From Sminthopsis crassicaudata (taxonomy: Eukaryota), in contig NC_133620.1 in NCBI RefSeq assembly GCF_048593235.1, positions 449,901,261 through 449,965,260 of the forward strand: 64,000 nucleotides of DNA. The letters run 5' to 3'. The notes below the pieces were generated by a model. It was not told the origin of the DNA. It worked only from the letters and a program-made list of their open reading frames with translations, and did not search any database. The position numbers were made by a program, and so were the translations under genes. Positions within the stretch are counted from its first letter, which is position 1, and each line of letters starts with the position of its first letter. Below are positions 48,981 to 61,215 of this stretch, in pieces.

Positions 48981-50766
48981 AAAGCTAAAGATGGAAAAGC
49001 ACAGAGCCATGATTAGAAACAAGTATATTAAAAACTGGATGCCCCAATGTCTTAGTGCAATTTTAAGCTGCACTAAGATATTTGGGACACTTTTTACTAA
49101 GATTATTGTAAATAAAAACGAGATGCCTCCCAGGATCAATGACCACTCAAAGAACTTCAATTAAGAGTCAAAAGACTGAGTATTTCATTCCAATTCACTT
49201 ATGAGGGTGCTAATCAATAAAAACTTTCTAATGTTACAGATTTCAAAACTGAGCTTGAGGAATATCAGCTTTTTACAGTAATTGAATCAGGATAATTTAC
49301 TTCTGAAAATAATATCCTGCATCATTTCTTATTTTGGATTGTTCTACTAATGCGACTGATCTTTTGTTGCAGCTAAATTTCAAGAGTGGCTAAAGCAAAA
49401 AAATTAAAAACAGAGATGGATTCTTCACCATCTTGGCCTAAAGGAATGAATTCCCAATAACAAATGGCTGTTTGTGGCACTGACGTGGTGGCGACGTTGC
49501 TAATCTGTACTTAGAAATCTGTACTTGCTGGCTAACTTTGATACTACCAAATCTAACAATGAGCAGCACATTTAATAGACAGCAGCAGCAGCCCTATAAC
49601 AGATCTCATGATATAATATCCATGGCAAATAGCATTCTGGAGTATTCGGCTTAACAAATGTAGTTTTTCTTTGCAAAGTAGATCAAAAAAAAAAAAAATC
49701 TTTTTTTTTTTTTCTTTTTAGCTTTAAAAAAAAAAATCACATAAAAAGCCAGCATATTCCTGCCTGGCCTGGATCCTAAACATAAATTTATGACCCAAAT
49801 GAGTTCTTCCAAGTGCTATAGAAAGATAGTGCAGTATCCTCTCTGGGCTGGGAGTTGAGATGGGAGCTAAACATGGACATTTAGCCAGGTTACCTCATGA
49901 GCCGACAGTCTATGGTAGAGTCAAAGCTACCCCAGCCTCAGTCAATTTCTGTCTCTTCTTTTCTCTCTCAAAAGCTCTAAACTGCTTTCCAAATAGCCAA
50001 ATGTGAAACAATGTCCAAAGGACAAATATATCTTAATTAAAGACAAATCGAGGCTTTCCTGCTTTCCATATCCACTGTATCCTAGCCACCAATACCAAAT
50101 ATAAGATGGTCACATCTAAAGCCAGGAATAGATTGGAAATCCACTGAACTAGCTGCACTTCTGCAGTTAAATGAATGTAGCTATGAGCTCTAGATCCTGT
50201 TACTTCCCAAAATATGGTAACTCAATCCAAAGGGGCAAAACCCCCAAGACAATACCAGGAGCCAGCAGAAAGTGGCATTTCAAGGAAAAGCACTGTCCTT
50301 ACAAGTGCTCACAGATATCCTGTCTTTTCTCCAAAAAAGCTGCCCACCCAAAAAATAAATTCCCATGAAAGAAGGACTCTCAGTGCCTCTCAAATTCAAA
50401 CTGTCCCATTTGAGAGATGAAAAGACTGAGGACCACAGAGTGAGTGACTGGAAGTAAACAGCAGAGCCTGGTTTGTAGCTGGGCTTTCTATCTCAAAATC
50501 CAGTGCAAATTTCACAATATTCCATTGCCTCCACTTAACATGTGTGTGTTGTAATGGGTGTCATTTTATTTCTGCTTATCAAGACACAGGTGCTACCTGT
50601 GCTCCTACTCAAATGTAGCTCTCAGCATGTCAAGAAACTGTGAGCTGGGACAAGTCATTATTTTCTCCTTGTCTGGCACAAACGTATCTAAGTAGGTACC
50701 TCCTGGAAGGGAAGATAAGGATTTAAGCGAGCAGACAAATCTGGAAGACTAGAATGCTACAAAAAT

Positions 50767-50768
<2 letters not shown>

Positions 50769-50810
<42 letters not shown>
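50769..50810 (+). repeat. (GT)16(GC)5 microsatellite, Z-DNA-prone
   Basis: Direct read. Confidence 0.95.
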
Positions 50811-50811
<1 letters not shown>

Positions 50812-51179
50812 TACAAGAGTGCGAACTCTTCTGCTTAATTAGTGACATCTCGGAAGGAAAGACAAGAATATATGGACAAATTAATTTTCAATGATAAAAC
50901 ATCACAAGAAGAGAAAATCACAAATCCTCAACGAGGCAGATGTTAACACAAAAAGAGGCATCTCATTTAATTCACAGGAGTGTGCCCGGAGCCTCCTTGG
51001 GGGAGCCGTGCCATGGGAGGGTCTCCAGCAGCTCCCCACCTCCCCTTACCCTAGGTAAACTCCAGCCTCAGCTCTGGGGAGCGTGCATCCTTGCAATCAA
51101 TCGGAGTCAGCACCAGTGACAGCTCTGCAGTCCTCCAATGTGGTGCTGATCAGGTGTTCCCAGAGCCTGGCTCAGCTCA

Positions 51180-51336
51180 CAGCGACACAATGCAGCTGAG
51201 CAGGCTGAGCAAGGGAGCGCAAGCCTCAGCCTCCTGCACACAGCCTGTCCCTGCTCTCCAGAACACAGCGGGCGACCTTTGAGCTCCAGCCTCACAGGGA
51301 GATGATGTGCTGAGGTGTAAGACAACCCTATCTGTG
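51180..51336 (+). promoter_or_regulatory. OMG: Putative OMG non-coding exon 1 (donor after 51336)
   Basis: CTGTG|gtaagc about 0.9 kb upstream of the coding exon, similar to the human two-exon layout. 5' limit approximate. Confidence 0.55.
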
Positions 51337-51734
51337 GTAAGCTGATCTTTAAAGATGGTAAAGCTAGGTAGATGGAGATATGTCTTTCCTTCCTTTTAAA
51401 GTAACGATGGGAATAAAAATATATTTCTTGGTAGCAAGTGCATGCACCAAAAATTTGCTGCAGTGACAGTTGAGAAATTTTGTTCTGATGTCCATTTGTT
51501 TTGTTTAAAAAAAAAAAAAATTCTGGTTCTCCGGTAAAAATCAACACCAGAATATACAGGAAAACAACATCTTGCAATGTAATGTGTGGGGCTCAGGGGG
51601 ATTCTATTAGATCTGGGTTTTCGAGTGCCAAAAATGTTTCATAACATGCAGATATTCCTTTTAAATTGACAAAGCTATATCCTATCGTAGCTGATTTCTT
51701 AAAAATCTTAAAAACATTTTCTATCACATACATT

Positions 51735-51737
<3 letters not shown>

Positions 51738-51783
<46 letters not shown>
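51738..51783 (+). repeat. (AC)23 microsatellite in OMG intron 1
   Basis: Direct read. Confidence 0.95.
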
Positions 51784-51785
<2 letters not shown>

Positions 51786-52235
51786 CTGCTACCTTACTGC
51801 AGAGATTTTAAAAACAGATCTATGACAGCCATTTTTTCCATCTGGATAAGAAAACATTATGAGAAAAGAGTATTCCCTTGGACTCATGAGGCAGCGTATA
51901 TTGGTAAGAGAATGCTTTTTAAGAACATGGGCTCGGAGAAGGCAGATAAGGAAGAAGGGTGGTAAAAGAAGGGGGGAAGAGGGGGATGCAGGAGGCAAAG
52001 AAGGAAAGAAAGTCTCCTTCTACCAGACAGCCCCTACAGCAGGATTAAGCATTTGGACTATAAATGAAGGGGAGCTTTGTTAGTTTAATCACTGGAACAA
52101 TTATAAAAGGAGTAAACAACAAAGAGGTTTATTGATAATTTTGCCTAATGCTAGAGAGAGCATTACAGATTCCTCCACTGCATTTGCATGCTGAAAGGGT
52201 ATCATTTCGGTCTCTCTGTTTGTTTCCAGGCAAAG

Positions 52236-53570
52236 ATGGAATATCAGATATTGAAAATGTCTCCCTGCCTGCTCGTCCTTCTGCTTCTCATCCCTGGTAT
52301 TCTCTGTATCTGTCCCCACCAATGTACATGCTCAGAAAAGCACAGGCGTGTGGACTGTTCGGGCAGAAACTTGACTCTCTTACCCCCCGGACTCCAAGAG
52401 AACATTGTTCACTTAAACCTCTCTTCTAACCTCTTCACCGATCTTCACAACCAGCTAACTCAGTACACCAACCTGAGGACCCTCGACGTGTCCCACAACA
52501 TGCTGGAGCGCCTCCCCGAGCAGCTGCCCAGGTCCCTCTGGGAAATGTACGCTACCAACAATGCCATCAAACTTCTGGACAAGTCTGACACCGCTTACCA
52601 GTGGAACCTTCAGCGCCTTGATGTTTCTAAGAATATGCTGGAAAGGGTTGTTCTCATCAAAAACACACTCACTAGCCTCAAGTTTCTCAACCTCAGTAGT
52701 AACAAACTCTGGACGGTCCCCACTAACATGCCTTCCAACATTAAGACAGTGGACCTGTCGAACAATTCTTTGACCCAAATTCTTCCGGGGACATTAGTGA
52801 AGCTGACAAATCTCACGCACCTTTACCTCCACAACAATAAGTTCACGTATATTCCTGATCAAGCCTTTGACCAACTATCTCAGCTGCAAGAGATAACTCT
52901 GTACAACAATCGATGGGCTTGTGATGAGAAGCAAAATGTCACCTATTTACTGAAATGGGTGTTGGAGACCACAGCTCAGGTGATCGGGTCTCCATGTTCT
53001 AATCACACAACCCCCTGGCAAAACCACACGGAACAATCCACCCTCCCTGCCACGACCTCGAGCATGTTCGCTGTGGCTAGCACACAGGCCACGGACGCCA
53101 TTAGCTCCCTGAGTCTGGAAACCCAACATAAGGTGACCAAAATACCCAAACAATACCGAACAAAGGAGTCCCCGTTAAGTGCCACTCTGGGTAAAAGCGT
53201 GGTCCTGACGAGCACCGATAAGCCTCTGGCTCTCTATCCAGAAGAACTGCCCACGGGAAAGACAAATTCCCACGAAGCAGCAGCTGCAACACTGACCATC
53301 CATATTCAAGATGCAACTGTCTTAAATGCAAGTGTCACGAGTTCCACGAAATCCTCCACAACTCCAATGACCCTAAGCATCACGAGTGGGATGCCAAGCG
53401 GCTTCTCCGAAATGGCTCAACAAAGCACAACTCTCACCTTAAGGAAGGAGGGGACAACCACCGAAGCTCTTAATTCTCGCCTACCTTCCGCAGCAAGTGT
53501 CTGGAAAGCAGATGCGCCGCATGTCTTCATGATCAACGTCATTGTAATGATGGTCATGCTGACTGGCTGA
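52236..53570 (+). CDS. OMG: OMG, oligodendrocyte myelin glycoprotein (444 aa): LRR, Ser/Thr-rich region, GPI signal
   Basis: MEYQILKMSPCLLVLLLLIPGILCICPHQCTC..., LRR repeats, SHEAAAATLTIH, hydrophobic C-terminus. Acceptor tttccag|GCAAAGATG at 52229. Confidence 0.98.
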   Translation: MEYQILKMSPCLLVLLLLIPGILCICPHQCTCSEKHRRVDCSGRNLTLLPPGLQENIVHLNLSSNLFTDLHNQLTQYTNLRTLDVSHNMLERLPEQLPRSLWEMYATNNAIKLLDKSDTAYQWNLQRLDVSKNMLERVVLIKNTLTSLKFLNLSSNKLWTVPTNMPSNIKTVDLSNNSLTQILPGTLVKLTNLTHLYLHNNKFTYIPDQAFDQLSQLQEITLYNNRWACDEKQNVTYLLKWVLETTAQVIGSPCSNHTTPWQNHTEQSTLPATTSSMFAVASTQATDAISSLSLETQHKVTKIPKQYRTKESPLSATLGKSVVLTSTDKPLALYPEELPTGKTNSHEAAAATLTIHIQDATVLNASVTSSTKSSTTPMTLSITSGMPSGFSEMAQQSTTLTLRKEGTTTEALNSRLPSAASVWKADAPHVFMINVIVMMVMLTG

Positions 53571-53917
53571 GGACCCGAATTTTCTGAAATTAATCAAAGT
53601 ACTCCTCTCTCTGATGTAAATTTGGAAAAACATGCTCGTATCTAACCAGTGACTCAATTATAGAAAACCCTCCAGAAGGCCTGTCTTGCATTTCTGACTC
53701 TGATCTTAATGAAGTAACTTTGTCCTAAATACAAGAAGTGCACAAATAATGTCTTGGTACTTTGCTGCTATTTTACTGTCTTAACTGAGTAAATTCTAAC
53801 CTGTTAAGTTTCTTTTTTTTAATGAAATGTTTATTTTATATCTTAAGGCTTCATTTTCTTGCAAAAAAAAATATAAAGCATCTGAACTTTAATATGTATT
53901 TTATGTATGTTTTCATC

Positions 53918-53942
53918 ATTAAACATCTGGAAAAGAAATAAA
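53918..53942 (+). terminator. OMG: Candidate OMG polyadenylation signals
   Basis: ATTAAA 53918-53923 and AATAAA 53937-53942, about 350 nt after the stop, in an AU-rich 3' UTR. Confidence 0.55.
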
Positions 53943-55569
53943 AAAGTCTACACTAATGTCTGTGGGGTCTTTACTCCCTAATCATGCCGTTTTATAACCT
54001 CGAACACTAAGCTGATCTAAGCGTTTTGTTGAGCCCTTAGTCTAGGTGTCTTGGGCAAAATTTAAAGAGTCACATGAAAAACCCAAGTGTTTTGAGTGGC
54101 TTGCTTCTAATGGAGTGATGGCCTGGCCTTCCTCTGAATGGCTGTCTTTATTTCATCTTCAATCCACCACTGCTTTATACCCCAATAATGCCCTGCTTCT
54201 GAAGGACTCTTGGCCGCTTTACTCATGACCTAAAGGACAAAGGCCCTCATAAGAGCTGGAGCACAGTGCTCCTGGCATTTCACTAGGAAGGAAGTTTAAG
54301 GGCTCTGCTTTAAGGATCTGACCTTACAGAAATAAACTTGTATTAGAAACCTTAAAACGAACACAGAAACATTAGCATGCTGGAAGTACAACAGATGCTA
54401 AATATTTAACAAAATTCACTGGCCAGGTGGCAGAAAGTCTTGTGTACCACATCAGGAAGTGTTTTTTTAAAGAGGAAAAAAAAAAAGAGCTTTATTTAAG
54501 GATAAACAAACAAGAATCTGATGTGGACAGAATTAAAGTAGGAAGGGGAGCATTATAACAATTTCTAGAGAGATGACAAAGCTCACAGGCCATACCTGAC
54601 CACTTAACTAAATCTTTCTGAGAATTTCTCAGGAAGAAAAGAGTACTAATTAATTAATTTATACAAACTTTTATTAAGCACAGATGATATGCAAAACATT
54701 GTTTAAGAACTCAGAGCCTACTTAAGATAAATAAGGGCCCTCAAAGAGTTTATAATCTAAGCAGGTAATTATGAGAAATTCTTGGGAATGGGAAACCAAA
54801 TCACTTGTCAAATAAACTGTGAAAGAGAACAGAGGACTGAATTAAAAAGTAGGACAGGAACACTGAAAGAGATGGGCTAAAATAATATACTAAATAGAGA
54901 GCCTAATAAGAGGAGGGGAGAGATGCATTTCTGGCATTTACTGGTCAAGCTATTTAATCTCTCGGTGTCCTAGGCAACCTCCTATACTTTAAGTGAAGGA
55001 ACAGTTGCATAAATTGCAGATGCCTGGCTGACTAATGAAATCAGAAGTCTATCTCTCCAGTCCACCCCCAAACAAGGAAAGACAGAAGGAAGGAGAAGAG
55101 GAGAGAAAAAGAGGAAAAGAAGACAAAAATGAGAAAAGGGATGACTTTCAATTGATTAAATGTAAGCAGATCATTAAGTCCATTTTTAAAGGTCTGTTCA
55201 CTCAAAAGTTTAAGTCTGTTACAGTCACCTCAAGTGCCCCCTCTGTATTAGGTGTATTATTCCAGGGGCCAGATAACTGCAAAGGTTCCTTCTGACTCAA
55301 TCCTCTTAAGAGAAAGAAATTTATTTATTCTTTGCTCAAAGTCTTGAATTCAAGAAAAAGATCATAAGCTGAAAACAACTGCTGCTGTAGAGACAGAAAA
55401 TGACAGGACATTTGTAAATACAATATCTGCCAAGTCCAAGAATAATTTGATGATCTTTGGTCATGAAAGGAGGCACAGTTTGTCACCAAAACAAATGCTG
55501 TCATGTAGTACTCTATTTTAAAAGTTGTGGCTTTTACGACATAATTGCTAAGAGTGGGACTAACACCTC

Positions 55570-56050
55570 CCCCCTTCTCCTTTTGGAGCTAAATTCTTTG
55601 AGAAGGCCTTCTACCCCAGATACCTCCATTTCTTCTCCTCACTTTCTGAGTCTGGCCCCTGAGCTCCCCATGCAACACAAACTGTTATCTCTCGAGTGAC
55701 CACGGCTCTCTACATCACAGATCTGATGGCCTTTTCTCAGTCTTGATTTCTTCAGGACTTTTCACCCTGCGGATCCCCCTCTCCTTGATACTCTCCTCTC
55801 CCAGTTCCAATCCCACCTGCCTGCCCACTTCTCTGTCCCCTGGGGATGGGCTTCCTATGGTGTCCCCGAGGCTCTCTTTTCTTCTCCCTCTATACTTTTT
55901 CACTCAGTAATGTCATCAACTCCCCCAGATTCAGTTCTCATCACCATTCTGCACTCTCAAATCTATTGATGCGGCCCTCAACTCTGCCAACCTCCGACTG
56001 TCTATTACATGCCTTAACCTTGATTTCCCATAGACATTGAGATCAATATA
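55570..56050 (+). mobile_element. L2 LINE remnant (continues at about 58310-58745 after the L1 insertions)
   Basis: Pyrimidine-rich L2-like text (gatggccttttctcagtcttg...tcccatagaca) resuming after the nested L1s. Confidence 0.6.
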
Positions 56051-56060
56051 ACCACCTTAA

Positions 56061-56220
56061 TACTTACAAAAATATAGATTGCCCAGATTAACAGAGGAGG
56101 AAATAAATTACTTAAATAGTCTCATTTTAGAAAAAGAAATTGAATAAGCTATTAATCAACTCCCTATGAAAAAACCTCCAGGGTCAAACAGGTTTACTTG
56201 TGAATTCTACCAGTCATTTA
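56061..56220 (+). mobile_element. Older L1 ORF2 fragment, left half (interrupted by the young L1)
   Basis: [17 protein letters not shown]...FTCEFYQSF with an in-frame stop; continues at 58002. Confidence 0.85.
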
Positions 56221-58001
56221 CGAATAATGAATTTTTATCCCTAATGTTGGTATCTTTGGGTTTGTCAAAGATTAGATTGCTGTAGATGTACCCTTTTTTG
56301 TCCTTTGTATCTAATCTGTTCCACTGATCTACCGGTCTATTTCTTAGCCAATACCAAATGGTTTTGGTGACTGCTGCTATATAATATAGCTTTAGATCAG
56401 GTACACTTAGACCATCTTCCTCTGAGTTTTTTTTCATTAGTTCCCTTGCAATTCTCGACCTTTTATTCTTCCATATGAATTTTGTTGTTATTTTTTCTAG
56501 GTCATTGAAATAGTTTCTTGGGAGTCTGATTGGTATAGCACTAAATAGATAGATTAGTTTGGGGAGTATTGTCATCTTTATTATATTTGCTCGGCCTATC
56601 CAAGAATACTGAATGTCTTTCCAATTATTTAAATCTGATTTTATTTTTGTGGCAAGTGTTTTGTAATTTTTCTCATATAATTCCTGACTTTTCTTTGGTA
56701 GATGAATTCCCAAATACTTTATACTCTCAACATTTGTTTGGAATGGAATTTCTCTTTGTATCTCTTGCTGTTGCATTTTGTTAGTGATATATAAAAATGC
56801 CGAGGATTTATGTGGATTTATTTTGTATCCTGCCACTTTGCTGAAATTTTGAATTATTTCTAGTAGCTTTTTAGCAGAGTCTTTGGGGTTCTCTAAGTAT
56901 ACCATCATGTCATCTGCAAAAAGTGATAGTTTAATTTCCTCATTTCCTACTCTAATTCCTTGAATCTCTTTCTCGGCTCTTATTGCCGAGGCTAGTGTTT
57001 CTAGTACTATATTGAATAGTAATGGTGATAGTGGGCAACCTTGTTTCACTCCTGATCTTACTGGGAAAGGTTGCAGTTTATTTCTATTGCATATTATGCT
57101 TATTGACAGTCTTAAATATATGCTCCTGATTATTCTAAGGAATAATCCATTTATTCCTATACTCTCAAGAGTTTTTAGTAGGAATGGATGTTGAATTTTG
57201 TCAAATGCTTTTTCTGCATCTATTGAGATGATCATATGGTTCTTATTAATTTGATTATTAATATGGTCAATTATATTAATAGTTTTCCTAATATTAAACC
57301 AGCCCTGCATTCCTGGAATAAATCCTACTTGATCATAGTGTATTATCCTGGAGATGATTTTCTGAAGTCTTTTTGCTAATATCTTATTTAAGATTTTAGC
57401 ATCAATATTCATTAAAGAGATTGGTCTATAATTTTCTTTCTCAGTTTTCAATCGACCTGGTTTAGGTATCAGTACCATGTCTGTGTCATAAAAGGAGTTT
57501 GGTAGGACTCCTTCATCCCCTATTTTTTCAAATAATTTATATAACATTGGGGCTAATTGTTCTTTAAATGTTTGGTAGAATTCACATGTGAATCCATCTG
57601 GCCCTGGGGATTTTTTCCTGGGGAGTTGATTAATAGCTTGTTCTATTTCTTTTTCTGAAATGGGACTATTTAAGCAATTTATCTCCTCCTCTGTTAATCT
57701 AGGGAGCCTATATTTTTGGAGGAAGTCATCCATTTCACTTAAGTTATCAAATTTATTGGCATAAAGTTGGGCAAAGTAACTCCTTATTATTTCTCTAATT
57801 TCCTCTTCATTTGTAAGACTATCAATTTGATTTTCCTCTTTCTTTTTTTTGATCAAATTTACCAAAGGTTTATCTATTTTATTGGCTTTTTCATAAAACC
57901 AACTCTTGGTTTTATTTATTAATTCAATAGTTTTTTTACTTTCAATATTATTGATTTCTCCTTTTAATTTTTGTATTTCAAGTTTAATTTTTGGTTGGGG
58001 G
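56221..58001 (-). mobile_element. Young internal L1 ORF2 fragment (complete RT domain), truncated at both ends, 15-bp TSD
   Basis: 552-aa ORF with [35 protein letters not shown]; TSD TCTACCAGTCATTTA at 56206-56220 and 58002-58016. Confidence 0.96.
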
Positions 58002-58300
58002 TCTACCAGTCATTTAAAGAGCAATTAATTCCAATGCTATGTAAACTATTTGGAAAAATAGGGAAAGGAGTCCTACTAAATTCCTTTTATGACACAGATA
58101 TAGTGCTGATAATTAAACCAGGGAGGGTCAAAATAGAGAAAGAAAATTATAGACCAATTTCCCTAATGAATTTTGATGCAAAAATCTTAAATAAAATAAT
58201 AGCAAGCTATTCTTAGGATTTATACCATAAAGGCAGGGCTGGTTCAATATTAGGAAAACTTTTAGCATAACTGAATATATCAATAATCAAACTAATAAAA
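58002..58300 (+). mobile_element. Older L1 ORF2 fragment, right half
   Basis: [20 protein letters not shown]...[19 protein letters not shown] followed by decayed sequence. Confidence 0.85.
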
Positions 58301-60554
58301 ATCAGATGATTTCCCACTCCTGTTTTCTCCTCTGCTGTCCAAATAGTCTTTCTCAAGCACCCCTGATCAAACTACACCACACCCATAATATTTTCACCAA
58401 ATTTTAGTGGCCTCCTATTGCCTCTAGGAACAAACAGAAAATCTTTTATTTGGCATCCAAAGCCCTTCATAATCTGACCTTCCCATCTCATCTTTTTATA
58501 TATTTGGGGATTCAGTTACTTCCTTGCTGTTCTTCATACCAAACCTTTCCTGACTCCAGGCATTTTCATTGGCTGTCTTCTGACTCAGGGAATTCCCCAT
58601 CTAACCCAAGCTACACTCCCACCTTCTCAAAGCAGCCTTTCCTGGTCCCCTTTAAAGTTAGTGCCTTCCTCCAATCCATCTATGACATAACTTATTTCTT
58701 TGGAGTTGTTTCCATGCTGCTCCCCCAGTGGACTTGGAAATAAGGATTTTTTTTTTTTTTTTTGGTCTTTCTTGGGATCCTCAGCACAATATGATATGGA
58801 GAAAGTGATTATTAAATGTTTACTATTTCTATTGCACCTATAATTAAGAATGTGAACGTCTTTTAAGGATAATGTCAATGCATCTACTTGTTTAACAAAA
58901 GTTACATCATTCACTCCATTCAACTAACATCCTACCAGTAGAGCTCCAAGAAGATATACTTGGATGGGTTGAGCTTCAGAAGACTATAAAATCTCGATTC
59001 TAGTCAACAAAGAATTTCTATTTATTTCTAGGATAAATACTCAACCCAACTATACAAATATTTGTTGGCAATTTGTTATTAAGTGGAAGGTATGGTGAGA
59101 ATAAGATGTTTCCTTTTCCTTCAAGGAGTTGGCAATCTAAGTAGGGCAGAGAAAAGAACATGATTAAATCCAGGACGGTGTGGGATATGTTTGGAGCAAC
59201 CAGAGAGATTTGAGCAAATGGTCCTTGGGGAAAGGATGAGTTTGAACTGGTGAAGGTCATCTTATTGGAGCTGGGCTTGGGAGAATGGACAATTCACTCT
59301 AGGAATGACTAAGGAAATTATACATATTTATGTAGCATATTATAAATTACTTTCTTAAACTACCTATCTCTGGCTTATTATGAAGATTGTGGTGAGACTC
59401 AATACTCCTGAATTTTAATTTGTAGATTAGGGAAACAAGGCTCAGAGAGGCTAAATGCCTTAGACTGATAAATGTCTAAGATGAGACTCAGATCTAGGTG
59501 TGCATAGCCACTCAAAGCTTCCGCAATCATACTCTGATTTCTCTCCTTCAGTTCCTACTCCACATGGGACCATCCTGAATCGCTGTTTCACCTAACTTAC
59601 CCTGGGTTTTCTTCTTTATGCTATGCTATTAATAGAACCTAAGGAAGGAATAAACATTAAGTTATTCCCTCATTCTCTTGGCTGGCTTGTTGTTTTTATT
59701 CATTGTCCCTCTCTCTGGCCTTGATGGAGCCAAAGAATAGTTTCCCTTACCAAAGAGGATTCTGAACCCCACCAAACGTTCTCCCTGGAAAGAATACACC
59801 AGGGAACCAGCTCTAGTGACTTTTTCTGCCACTAGCCTATGTTTCCTACTGCAAGTGTTTTTTTTTTCCCCAAGTTAGGAATTTAAAAAGGAACGGATAT
59901 TTGTAGATTTTTTTTTTTAATAAGGACAAAATATTCAAAGGGGCCCTTAAAAGAATTCTATGTAGTAATTAGTTTGCAGGCTCTCAACATTCCTCAACTA
60001 TCTAAACTTTTCTACCAGATTAATTCAATATACTCAGTTCCTTCTACAAGAGACTCCAAAATGACCTACTCTCTTCACACCAGAAGGCTAAGTAAAGTGG
60101 CTGTGACTAGGTGCTTCACATGCAGCAAAGATAGGATTCAAGAGTAAAAAACAAAAATAATTACAACAAATGTCCATTAGCAAAGGGCCATTCCTTATAT
60201 AATTGGAGATTTTAACTTCCTCAGGGACCAAGAGGTTTATTAGACACAGGAGACCAGGAAAGAAGAATAGAAGATTTCATTAAAGCAGACAGACACATGA
60301 AAGAGAGAACACTGGATCCCAGAGGCCTTTTCAGGGCAGAACACTTTGTCTTTTCCCCAACTCCCATTCATCTTCCAAACTGCCCAACTCGTTATGAGGG
60401 CAGGGAAGAAAACAAAGCCTGGAAGAGCAGCAGTTCTAAAGCAAGACAAAAAAGAGGCTACTAAGGAAGGACACAATCTTGAAGGATGGGTTCTTAAGGG
60501 AACTGAAAAGAGGGGAAAATATAGAGGCATGAAAAAAAAAACTTGTTCATTGAA

Positions 60555-61215
60555 TTTTTTTAAAAGAGTCTTTTATTTTCACAAATACCTACATTTCCAA
60601 ATATATTTCTCCCCATCCTATCTCCTTTAGAGTAAAGAGGGAAAAAAGGTTCAGCAAAATTAATGGAGAGATCATTTAAGCCTCCTGTAAACATGAGATT
60701 CCTCCATGGTTTCTACCTTGCCAGTGAAAGGAAGAAGGTAAATTTTTCCATCATATTTTTTTCTTATGAGCCCAGGTGGATCATGATAAAGAGCATTCAG
60801 TTCAGTTTTTGTGGTTGTTCTTAGTCACTGTCTATGTGGTATTCCTGGTTTTACTTATTTCACTTTGCATCCGTTGACCTGCATTTCCCCCTGCTTTTCC
60901 CTATTTGAGATCTTTCTTAGAATAGTTATATTCTATTATATTCATATTTAGATTTAATTTGTTTAGCCATTTGTATCTACTTTGTTGTTACTATCGTGCT
61001 ATTATGAATTCTTTGGCATAGATGAGATCTTCCTTTTCTCACTGACCCCATTTCTATCTGTGGGATCTCTGGATCAAAGGGTATGGACATTTAATTTTAA
61101 TTTGCTTTCCAGTCCTGTTAAATTAATCAGTGCTCCTCTAATAATGTATTCTAGTCACTTTTCATAACTCCGTTACAACTATTTTTATTTTTGTCCTGTT
61201 TATTAATTTATCATT
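60555..61215 (-). mobile_element. Ancient L1 3' fragment
   Basis: gggatctctggatcaaagggtatggaca and other decayed L1 3' motifs. Confidence 0.55.

Noticed and set aside
49440-49660. TE-free block with CRE-, SOX- and RFX-like words upstream of OMG
   Set aside because: Could be an enhancer, but cannot be distinguished from background without conservation data.
49681-49740. A14-TC-T12 inverted homopolymer (cruciform-like)
   Set aside because: Ordinary low-complexity A/T tracts, probably decayed retroelement tails.
52188-52235. N-terminal extensions of OMG (and of EVI2A at 32215-32250) in the ORF track
   Set aside because: They cross splice acceptors (52229, 32226) and are intronic; the downstream ATGs match the known signal peptides.
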